From positions 596 to 64,595 of the forward strand of contig JABDRN010000112.1 of assembly GCA_013041745.1 (NCBI GenBank): a DNA stretch of 64,000 nucleotides, read 5' to 3'. Under the pieces are notes generated by a model. That model was not told where the DNA came from, ran no database searches, and saw nothing but the letters and a program-made list of their open reading frames with translations. The DNA is from Gammaproteobacteria bacterium (GTDB lineage: Bacteria > Pseudomonadota > Gammaproteobacteria > SZUA-229). The translations under genes and the position numbers were made by a program. Positions 30,473 through 38,157 of the stretch are shown here, piece by piece (within the stretch, counting starts at the first letter, position 1; each line of letters starts with the position of its first letter).

Positions 30473-31141
30473 ATGCCTGATATCCCGACGACTCCACACA
30501 GTCAGCCTGCGGCGCTCGATACAGGAAAAAATTCCAGCAGTACAGCGATCAGAAAGCTAAAACGCTCACAGAGACAGGCCCTGTCAGCAGAAGAGCAGCT
30601 GCAACATAGCGTCGCCATATGCGATACCTTGGTAAAACAGAAAAGCTACCGAAATAGCCGGCATATAGCCTGCTACCTGGCTAATGATGGCGAGATTGAC
30701 CCCTACCTGCTGATAGAACACGCCTGGCTTGCAAAGAAAGACATTTACCTGCCCGTGTTATCACCGATCAAAGACAGCCTGTACTTCGCACCCTATGACA
30801 TAAACAGCGAATTCACGCTCAACCGCTTCAACATCGCAGAGCCGGTATGCCACCCGTCAGACTGGATCAAAGCAAGCCAGCTGGACCTGATATTACTGCC
30901 GCTTGTTGCATTTGACCTGGCAGGTAATCGTGTCGGCATGGGTGGCGGCTTCTATGACCGGACCCTGGCATATCTACAACACAGGCAACACTGGAGAAAA
31001 CCTTCCCTGCTGGGACTGGCACACGAGATCCAGAAAGTGGACAATCTTGATCGGCAGCACTGGGACATCCCGCTGAACGGCATCATTACCGAAGAAAATT
31101 ATTACGCCGCTGAAACGAGCAACGCAACGACTATGGACTGA
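30473..31141 (+). CDS. ygfA: 5-formyltetrahydrofolate cyclo-ligase
   Basis: YLANDGEIDP, LPLVAFD..GNRVGMGGGFYDR, WDIPL. Confidence 0.92.
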   Translation: MPDIPTTPHSQPAALDTGKNSSSTAIRKLKRSQRQALSAEEQLQHSVAICDTLVKQKSYRNSRHIACYLANDGEIDPYLLIEHAWLAKKDIYLPVLSPIKDSLYFAPYDINSEFTLNRFNIAEPVCHPSDWIKASQLDLILLPLVAFDLAGNRVGMGGGFYDRTLAYLQHRQHWRKPSLLGLAHEIQKVDNLDRQHWDIPLNGIITEENYYAAETSNATTMD

Positions 31142-31190
31142 AAGTCCATAGGTTGCACCAATAAGGACTAAAAGTCCTTTTGATTGCTAA

Positions 31191-31271
31191 ATTTTATAAT
31201 CTCGCAAAGCCGCAAAGCAATACCCATATATTTTATTTTGCGTGCTCTGCGGCTTTGCGAGATTATAAAAT
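31191..31271. repeat. 29-bp inverted repeat containing CGCAAAGC octamers
   Basis: ATTTTATAATCTCGCAAAGCCGCAAAGCA (31191-31219) pairs with 31243-31271 at 28/29. Confidence 0.85.
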
Positions 31272-31323
31272 ACAAAACGACAAACATGTCTATCAGCTAA
31301 AGCCTTGCACTAATAAACTGCAT

Positions 31324-31449
31324 AGCTTTACCTACATGGACGTAGGTAAGGGGCGTGAGCTGGGAGCGGAAGCTTTACCTACATGGACGTAGGTAAGGGG
31401 CGTGAGCTGGGAGCGGAAGTTTTGCCTACATGGACGCAGGTAAGGGGCG
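31324..31449 (+). repeat. 47-bp tandem repeat, 2 identical copies plus 1 partial degenerate copy, each with a palindromic core
   Basis: AGCTTTACCTACATGGACGTAGGTAAGGGGCGTGAGCTGGGAGCGGA at 31324 and 31371; partial copy from 31418. Confidence 0.92.
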
Positions 31450-31596
31450 ATAGCATTAGGGCAGGACGCCTGTAAATAGAATAACGCATATGTCCATGGA
31501 TGGACGGTATTAGGGTAACGCAGGAGCAGTTACCGAGCAGCAGTTATCGAGGATGCGATAGCTTTTACTAGCGTACTGAGACAATAAATTCGATGA

Positions 31597-33111
31597 TTAC
31601 AGGGACAGGAACAGCTGGTAAGCCGGGTTATCCGTCTCTTCCCAGTATGGATAAGCCAGCGTATCGAGATACTGCCTGAGCTGATCATGCTCAGTCCCAG
31701 GTATCTGTAAACCCACCAGTACCCGACCAAATGCATCGCCATGGCTTCTAAAGTGAAACAGGCTGATATTCCAGCGATTACCGATAGCGACAAGAAAATC
31801 CAGCAACGCACCCGGGCGCTCAGGAAACTCGAAACGATACAGCACTTCATCAGCTAATGCCGCGCGGCCACCGACCAGGTAACGCACGTGTGTTTTTGCC
31901 ATCTCATCTTCCGTCAGGTCCAGTACCGGATACTTTTTCTTCTGCAGCCGTTCGATCACTTCCAGGCGCTCATCCATGCCGTCGCTTAACTGCACACCGA
32001 CAAAAACCTGAGCGTCCTTTTCATCGGCATAGCGATAGTTGAATTCTGTGATACCACGCTTGCCGATGGCCTTACAGAAGGTTTTAAAACTACCCGGTCG
32101 CTCAGGGATGGTCACCGCATATAGTGCTTCACGCTGCTCCCCGATCTCGGCGCGTTCCGAGACGTGACGCAAGCGGTCGAAGTTCATATTTGCACCACTG
32201 GTGATAGCGACCATGGTCTGTCCACTGACCCCTTCCTGCTCGACATATTTTTTCAGACCAGCGACAGCCAGTGCACCCGCTGGCTCGGTGATGGAGCGGG
32301 TATCATCAAAGATATCCTTGATCGCCGCACAGATCTCGTCAGTAGTCACGGTCAACATCTGGTCGACACACTGCTTAGCCACGCGAAACGTTTCTTTACC
32401 AACCTGCTTCACTGCGACACCGTCGGCGAAGATTCCGACATGATCCAGTACCACGCGTCTATTTTTTTCAAACGCCGCCGTCATACAGGCGGCATCTGCC
32501 GGCTCGACACCAATGACTTTAGTTTTCGGGCTAAGATATTTCATGATAGAACCGATACCGGCGATCAGGCCGCCGCCGCCAACACAGACAAACACCACAT
32601 CGATGAAATCAGGGTGCTGGCGCGCGATCTCAAGGCCTATCGTTCCCTGGCCAGCGATGACGTCAGGATCGTCAAATGGATGAATAAAATCAAGCTTCTG
32701 TTCTTTAGCCTGTCTGGTCGCATAGGCACAGGCTTCATCATAGTTATCACCGACCAGGACGACTTTGGCGCCATATGACTTAACCGCATCTACCTTGATA
32801 CCCGGAGTCGTTTTCGGCATCACGATAGTCGCATCGATGCCCATCTTTTTAGCTGACAGGGCGACACCCTGCGCATGGTTGCCGGCAGATGCAGCGACCA
32901 CACCTTTGACATCTTTAGTGCGCGTCAGCTGGTATATCCGGTTATAAGCACCACGCAGCTTGAATGAAAAAACACTCTGCAGATCTTCGCGTTTCAGCAG
33001 CACCCGGTTGTTCTGCCGCTTGCTCATGGTAACCGCTTCGTCCAGTGGTGTCTCAGCCGCGACATCGTAAACCCGGGCAGTTAGAATTTTTTCTATATAT
33101 TTCTTGGTCAT
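31597..33111 (-). CDS. ilvA: Threonine ammonia-lyase, biosynthetic
   Basis: KREDLQSVFSFKLRGAYN, ASAGNHAQG, two C-terminal regulatory domains (PERPG). Confidence 0.96.
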   Translation of the reverse strand: MTKKYIEKILTARVYDVAAETPLDEAVTMSKRQNNRVLLKREDLQSVFSFKLRGAYNRIYQLTRTKDVKGVVAASAGNHAQGVALSAKKMGIDATIVMPKTTPGIKVDAVKSYGAKVVLVGDNYDEACAYATRQAKEQKLDFIHPFDDPDVIAGQGTIGLEIARQHPDFIDVVFVCVGGGGLIAGIGSIMKYLSPKTKVIGVEPADAACMTAAFEKNRRVVLDHVGIFADGVAVKQVGKETFRVAKQCVDQMLTVTTDEICAAIKDIFDDTRSITEPAGALAVAGLKKYVEQEGVSGQTMVAITSGANMNFDRLRHVSERAEIGEQREALYAVTIPERPGSFKTFCKAIGKRGITEFNYRYADEKDAQVFVGVQLSDGMDERLEVIERLQKKKYPVLDLTEDEMAKTHVRYLVGGRAALADEVLYRFEFPERPGALLDFLVAIGNRWNISLFHFRSHGDAFGRVLVGLQIPGTEHDQLRQYLDTLAYPYWEETDNPAYQLFLSL

Positions 33112-33132
33112 GGGCGAAGAATAGCTTTAATA

Positions 33133-33222
33133 CAGTGAATAGTGAATAGTGAATAGTGAATAATTAATCTGATATGGACTTAAAACCTGAAATCTCCACT
33201 GCTCGCTACTCACTATTCACTG
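33133..33222. repeat. (AGTGAAT)4 with inverted degenerate (ATTCACT)4
   Basis: Four perfect heptamers at 33134-33161; CTCCACT GCTCGCT ACTCACT ATTCACT at 33194-33221. Confidence 0.8.
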
Positions 33223-33277
33223 AACTGTAGTATCATGCGTGCCAGAATTTTTTAAGAGTTATCAACGGGAGTAAAAT

Positions 33278-33940
33278 ATGACCCAGGATGAAATGAAAAG
33301 AAAAGCAGCGGAAGCTGCACTTGAATACGTAATCGCTGACGAGATCGTCGGTGTTGGCACCGGCTCTACCGTCAACCACTTCATCGATGTTCTCGCCGAG
33401 ATAAAACATAAGATAAAAGGCGCCGTATCAAGCTCGGTTGCTTCCACCGAACGCATGCAAGGCTATGGCATCAAAGTCTATGATTTGAATGAGGTCGATG
33501 GTATAGAGGTCTACATCGACGGTGCCGACGAATCTGACCATTACCTGAACCTGATAAAAGGCGGTGGTGGTGCCTTGACGCGGGAGAAGATCATCGCCGG
33601 TGCCAGTAAAAAGTTTGTCTGCATCGCCGATGAATCCAAACTGGTCGATGTCATGGGCACCTTCCCGCTGCCAGTCGAAGTCATCCCGATGGCGCGCAGC
33701 TTTATCGCCAGGGAACTGGTGAAGATCGGCGGCCGACCCGTCTACCGCGAAGGCTTTGTCACAGACAACGGCAATGACATCCTCGATGTGCATGACCTGC
33801 AGATCACAGAGCCGGTAAAACTGGAAAACGAACTCAACAAGCTGCCCGGTATCGTTACTGTAGGTATCTTTGCCAACCGGCCGGCTGATGTGCTGATCCT
33901 GGGTACGCCTGAAGGTGCTAAGACGGTTCTATCTAAATAA
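33278..33940 (+). CDS. rpiA: Ribose-5-phosphate isomerase A
   Basis: [32 protein letters not shown]. Confidence 0.97.
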   Translation: MTQDEMKRKAAEAALEYVIADEIVGVGTGSTVNHFIDVLAEIKHKIKGAVSSSVASTERMQGYGIKVYDLNEVDGIEVYIDGADESDHYLNLIKGGGGALTREKIIAGASKKFVCIADESKLVDVMGTFPLPVEVIPMARSFIARELVKIGGRPVYREGFVTDNGNDILDVHDLQITEPVKLENELNKLPGIVTVGIFANRPADVLILGTPEGAKTVLSK

Positions 33941-33954
33941 TCCAAAAATCAAAA

Positions 33955-34031
33955 CGTCATTGCGAGGAACGAAGCAATCTCTTTAAGCGACTGAGTTGCT
34001 ACATGAGATTGCTTCTTTCCTCGCAATGACG
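33955..34031. repeat. Palindromic intergenic element (GTCATTGCGAG...CTCGCAATGAC type)
   Basis: 27-bp arms 33955-33981 / 34005-34031 match at 26/27. Confidence 0.85.
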
Positions 34032-34039
34032 AGTATGTG

Positions 34040-34071
34040 AAAACCGCCAGTATTCAACCAGCGGTTTTTTT
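34040..34071 (+). terminator. Probable intrinsic terminator downstream of rpiA
   Basis: AAAACCGC...GCGGTTTTTTT hairpin with T tract. Confidence 0.6.
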
Positions 34072-34106
34072 GCGTCATAAATCCACTAACTCATATATAC
34101 CGGGCG

Positions 34107-34138
34107 AAAAAAAAACGGGATCCGAAGATCCCGTTTTT
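34107..34138. terminator. Intrinsic terminator of the porin gene (potentially bidirectional)
   Basis: AAAAAAAAACGGGATC-CGAA-GATCCCGTTTTT; on the minus strand the loop reads TTCG and is followed by a long T tract. Confidence 0.85.
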
Positions 34139-34189
34139 CTAAACTCTTATCTTTAGCCCTTAGTTGATAGCAACAAGGGGCTTTTCAGA

Positions 34190-35230
34190 TTAGAATTTTT
34201 TGCGGATACCAGCAGTAATCATTGATACATCTTCATTATCTGCATCTTCAGCACGCGCACCGTAACCAACATAGACGTTAGTCATCTTAGACATCTTGTG
34301 GTTATACAGTAAAGCTACACCTGTTGAATCATCATCAGGCGCACCAGAAGCTTCTTTACGATCCTGCATACCATAAGTCAGGCTGATAGCATTGTTTGCA
34401 TTGATGTTGAAAGTACCAGCAAGGAATGCATAGTCTGCACCAGTGCGGTCTTCAGCACTTTCATACTGCGCTGCAACAGAGAATGCCTTAGCAGAGAATT
34501 TACCGCCCACTTTGGTAGCAGCTTCAGTTTCACAAGCTGGAGAAACACAAGTGATATCACCAGTTGTTGTAGATGTTCTACCAGTAATGTAGTCAGCATA
34601 GACTAAGAATGCCTTGTTAGACCAGCGGATACCGATACCAGAAGTCTCATCTTCAGAACCAGAGAAAGTCGTGTTAGCGACTAACTGGATACCAGCCATC
34701 TTAGGTGAAACATACTGAGCTGTATGAGTCTGACGACCACGGTTCATGCCGCGACCACCGTGCAGTGCAGATGATTGCGTCTGCAAGAAACCACGACCCT
34801 CGAGAGGGGTACGGTATAATGGGTCAACCTTGCCGCCCATCTGCTTGTAGTTAGAAGACATGGTACCGAACTTGATCGCACCGAAACCACCTTTCAGGCC
34901 AACGAACTGGTCACGACCGGTCAGGGCACCAACTGCTGATTCACCACCAGTAAGATAATCGCTATCTGGATCAGTAGTAGGCTTAGGACCGATAGTCACA
35001 CCAAATTCAAGTTTATAGATAGCTTTTAAGCCATCGCCAAGGTCCTCAGAACCTTTGACACCCAGTGCTGATGTATTGCTTGATACTGACAGGTTGTTTT
35101 TAGCGTCAGGAATATCATTGTCAGCCTGGTTAAGAGACAGGTGAACGTTACCGTAGACAGTAGGTGCTGCGATTGCTGCTGGTGCAGCCATTGTCGCCGC
35201 TACTGCGATTGCTAATATAGATTTTTTCAT
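34190..35230 (-). CDS. Major outer membrane porin (Gram-negative porin family)
   Basis: MKKSILAIAVAA signal peptide, PTVYG, GVKGSEDLGDGLKAIYKLE, terminal GIRKKF. Confidence 0.9.
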   Translation of the reverse strand: MKKSILAIAVAATMAAPAAIAAPTVYGNVHLSLNQADNDIPDAKNNLSVSSNTSALGVKGSEDLGDGLKAIYKLEFGVTIGPKPTTDPDSDYLTGGESAVGALTGRDQFVGLKGGFGAIKFGTMSSNYKQMGGKVDPLYRTPLEGRGFLQTQSSALHGGRGMNRGRQTHTAQYVSPKMAGIQLVANTTFSGSEDETSGIGIRWSNKAFLVYADYITGRTSTTTGDITCVSPACETEAATKVGGKFSAKAFSVAAQYESAEDRTGADYAFLAGTFNINANNAISLTYGMQDRKEASGAPDDDSTGVALLYNHKMSKMTNVYVGYGARAEDADNEDVSMITAGIRKKF

Positions 35231-35432
35231 TATGCAAGACTCCTGCATTATTAAGTTATTATGATCATAGCTATGATTACAAATATGTGATTACTTACGT
35301 CCACTTCCCCCAATGAAAGCGGTTTGCCCCATCTATAAAAAGTGGCTTAAAGAACTTGAAGCAGTCACACAAACCTTCATCCAGGTACGCTGCTTATTAT
35401 GTTGCGGCGCTTAATAGACAAAGATTACGGGG

Positions 35433-35460
35433 AGTATATGCAGATAATCTTAAATTGCAA
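35433..35460 (-). promoter_or_regulatory. Putative sigma70 promoter of the porin gene (about 195-nt leader)
   Basis: Minus strand reads TTGCAA-16 bp-TATACT with AT-rich sequence upstream. Confidence 0.5.
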
Positions 35461-35696
35461 GTAAAAATAGGGGTTATTTACATTTTTATGACAGATATCA
35501 TTGACAAAATGTCAGCTTGATCTTTCATATAAGAAATAGCATGAAAATATTTAATCGACAGATGAGCACAACTACAGACAAAAGACTGTTTTTTTGTTAC
35601 AAAACAGCACAGATATTTAACGAAGTTCAATCGATTACTTGTTTCTTATCGTAGTTCTGTTGATACTCTGTTTTTTAGCCAATAATTATTTAGTGC

Positions 35697-35734
35697 GCAA
35701 TAAAAAAGCCCCTTTTCTGGGGCTTTTTTATTGC
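35697..35734. terminator. Intrinsic terminator of rplM-rpsI
   Basis: GCAATAAAAAAGCCCC-TTTTCT-GGGGCTTTTTTATTGC. Confidence 0.88.
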
Positions 35735-35759
35735 ATGAAACGTCAATGCGATTTTTGCG

Positions 35760-36149
35760 TTAGCGTTTCGAGAACTGCGTAGCACGGCGTGCTTTGCGCA
35801 GACCCACTTTCTTACGCTCGACCTCACGCGCATCACGTGTTACGAAACCGGCTTTACGCAGAGGGCTGCGCAAGGCCTCATCATAGGAGATCAATGCACG
35901 GGTGATACCATGACGTATGGCACCTGCCTGGCCTGAGATACCTCCGCCAGTTACAGTGACGTTTAGATCAACATTGTTTACCATATCGACCAGTTCCAGG
36001 GGCTGACGTACGATCATCTGTGCTGTTTTACGGCCAAAGAACACATCCAGTGGTTTACCGTTAACTTTGATCTCACCAGCGCCAGTACTTAGAAATACAC
36101 GTGCACTTGATGTTTTGCGTCGACCTGTTGCGTAATATTGTTCTGCCAT
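35760..36149 (-). CDS. rpsI: 30S ribosomal protein S9
   Basis: [36 protein letters not shown]. Confidence 0.98.
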   Translation of the reverse strand: MAEQYYATGRRKTSSARVFLSTGAGEIKVNGKPLDVFFGRKTAQMIVRQPLELVDMVNNVDLNVTVTGGGISGQAGAIRHGITRALISYDEALRSPLRKAGFVTRDAREVERKKVGLRKARRATQFSKR

Positions 36150-36175
36150 AAGTAGCTCTGCTTATATTTTCTATC

Positions 36176-36607
36176 TTAATTAATTTCTAATGGTTGTGGC
36201 TGCTGCGCGGCATGTTGATGCTGCGGACCTGCATAGACTTTCAGCTTACGGTACATCTCACGCCCTAAGGGATTTCTTGGTAGCATACCCTTAACAGCAA
36301 TCTCTATAACACGCTCTGGTGAACGATCGATCATATCGCTGAAATTCGTTTCTTTCAGTCCACCCATGTAACCTGAATGACGGTAGTACATCTTATCTTT
36401 CGCCTTGTTACCGCTAACACGTACTTTCTCGGCATTGATCACTACGATGTAATCCCCTGTATCAACGTGCGGCGTGTATATCGCTTTATGCTTACCGCGT
36501 AGACGGCGTGCAATCTCAGTAGCCAGGCGACCCAATGTTTTACCGTCGGCATCGACCAGGAACCAGTCACGTTTTACGTCATCAGCTTTCGCGCTTATGG
36601 TTTTCAT
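36176..36607 (-). CDS. rplM: 50S ribosomal protein L13
   Basis: [34 protein letters not shown]. Confidence 0.98.
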   Translation of the reverse strand: MKTISAKADDVKRDWFLVDADGKTLGRLATEIARRLRGKHKAIYTPHVDTGDYIVVINAEKVRVSGNKAKDKMYYRHSGYMGGLKETNFSDMIDRSPERVIEIAVKGMLPRNPLGREMYRKLKVYAGPQHQHAAQQPQPLEIN

Positions 36608-36677
36608 CACTAAATCCGGTATATCTGTATATTAATAAAGCGAAGGTCGGTCTGGCCGACCCGCGACAAAGAGGCGG

Positions 36678-36707
36678 AATATTACAGGGATTCGCTTAAG
36701 CAGACAA
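36678..36707 (-). promoter_or_regulatory. Putative sigma70 promoter of rplM-rpsI
   Basis: Minus strand reads TTGTCT-17 bp-TAATAT followed by a GC-rich discriminator (TCCGCC). Confidence 0.5.
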
Positions 36708-36966
36708 GCCTAATACTCGCTTTTTGTGAAATTAATTAACAGACTGCTAATAAACAAATGGCAGATCATCCTGCCGCCACTACACGAGCAGATATGTAAC
36801 CACATAAAAATAACTGTAGAGCCTTATGGCAACACGCACCCGAAGCCATATTTACCATATATTTCAGTTGGTTACGGCATACTGAAAACATCTTCAGCGC
36901 TTGGTTTTCAAACAAGCGGCACTCGCTTCTGAGATCTTAGCCACCTTTTAGCTAATTCGTATAAGC

Positions 36967-37060
36967 AAAAAAAAGCGCGGAAAAGAATCCGCGCTGAAAA
37001 TTACCACCAAAGGGAGGATGGAGGAAATATGAAAAAAACATTTAATTGCATAAAATGTAT
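36967..37060 (-). ncRNA. Candidate small RNA with anti-SD CCUCC motifs (similar to the Betaproteobacteria 'toxic sRNA' type)
   Basis: Minus strand: UUUCCUCCAUCCUCCCUUUGGUGGUAAUUUUCAGCGCGGAUUCUUUUCCGCGCUUUUUUUU with a terminator hairpin; TTGACA (37095-37090) and a -10-like element lie upstream. Confidence 0.65.
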
Positions 37061-37123
37061 ATAAGGATATTATAATATAGTAATTAATTTGTCAAGCTAC
37101 TAAGCAAATTAATCATTAGCCGC

Positions 37124-37432
37124 CTATATCAATAACCTTTCAACAATCTGACCGCCTATCAGGTGCTTGTCGATGATCTCATCGATATCTTCACGATCAA
37201 GGTAGCAATACCAGGTCTCTTCAGGATAGACCACCAGAACCGGCCCAAGTTCACAGCGATCCAGGCATCCTGCGCTGTTAATTCTGATCTTACCCTCACC
37301 GGATAAGCCTAACTCCTTGATCTTTGCTTTAGCATAGCCGCGAATCTCAGTGGCATTGCACTGTTCGCAGCACTGCTCACCTGACTCACGGGAATTTGTA
37401 CAAAAAAACACGTGGTATTTATAATATGACAC
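37124..37432 (-). CDS. Thioredoxin-like [2Fe-2S] ferredoxin
   Basis: HVFFCTN.R, CC, RINSAGCLDRCELGPVLVVYPE.TWY. Confidence 0.9.
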   Translation of the reverse strand: MSYYKYHVFFCTNSRESGEQCCEQCNATEIRGYAKAKIKELGLSGEGKIRINSAGCLDRCELGPVLVVYPEETWYCYLDREDIDEIIDKHLIGGQIVERLLI

Positions 37433-37497
37433 TGGTTCTCTCCTGTTTTACTGACAAAAGTATTGCACGGACACGTCGAAAGCTTCAATATATAGTA

Positions 37498-38151
37498 ATG
37501 CGTAGTTACAGCCCGTTTGACCAGTTAATCATGAATGCCGACACTGCATTACGCACGCTTGTCGGCCAACCTGTATTGACCCATCGCCCCTACCCTGCTG
37601 ATGAACAAGCTGCCGGTGAAACAGCAGATGATAGCTTTTCTGCCGAAGAAAAGAAGCATATCGCCGGCTTGATGCGGGTCAACCATAGTGGCGAGGTTTC
37701 TGCTCAGGCGCTTTACCAGGGCCAGTCACTGACCTCGAAAAACAGGGACATCAAAGAGAAACTTCGTCAGGCGGCACTGGAAGAGAACGATCACCTGGAA
37801 TGGACCAAAAACCGCCTGCTTGAGCTTGACAGCCATACCAGCCTGTTAAACCCGCTGTGGTACGGCGGCTCATTTGCTATCGGTGCTTTTGCCGGAGCGA
37901 TTGGCGACAGATGGAACCTTGGATTCCTCGCCGAGACCGAACATCAGGTCGCCGCACACCTTGAAGAACACCTCAATAAACTGCCCGGCGGTGATTTTCG
38001 CAGCCGTGCCATCCTTGAACAGATGAAAACTGACGAGTTAAAACATGCCACCACCGCGATCGAACACGGTGCCGCTGAATTGCCACCTCCGGTCAAAACT
38101 TTGATGACAGCGATGTCAAAGGTCATGACTGGAACCGCTTATTACCTGTAA
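37498..38151 (+). CDS. coq7: Demethoxyubiquinone hydroxylase (di-iron Coq7)
   Basis: GLMRVNHSGEVSAQALYQGQ, EENDHL, SLLNPLWY, ETEHQV..HL, DELKH. Start at ATG 37498. Confidence 0.93.
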   Translation: MRSYSPFDQLIMNADTALRTLVGQPVLTHRPYPADEQAAGETADDSFSAEEKKHIAGLMRVNHSGEVSAQALYQGQSLTSKNRDIKEKLRQAALEENDHLEWTKNRLLELDSHTSLLNPLWYGGSFAIGAFAGAIGDRWNLGFLAETEHQVAAHLEEHLNKLPGGDFRSRAILEQMKTDELKHATTAIEHGAAELPPPVKTLMTAMSKVMTGTAYYL

Positions 38152-38157
38152 CAGATA

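Noticed and set aside
31324-31449. Possible CRISPR array (47-bp palindromic repeats)
   Set aside because: The units are directly adjacent with no unique spacers, and no cas genes are in the window.
35290-35335. c-di-GMP-I riboswitch in the porin leader
   Set aside because: Only GGGCAAACC...GGACG is similar; the GNRA tetraloop, the GCAAAGC segment and the P3 arm are missing. Kept only as an unassigned structured leader.
36726-36932. 68-aa ORF divergent from rplM
   Set aside because: No RBS or recognisable motif and atypical composition; probably spurious. The ~240 bp here remains unexplained.
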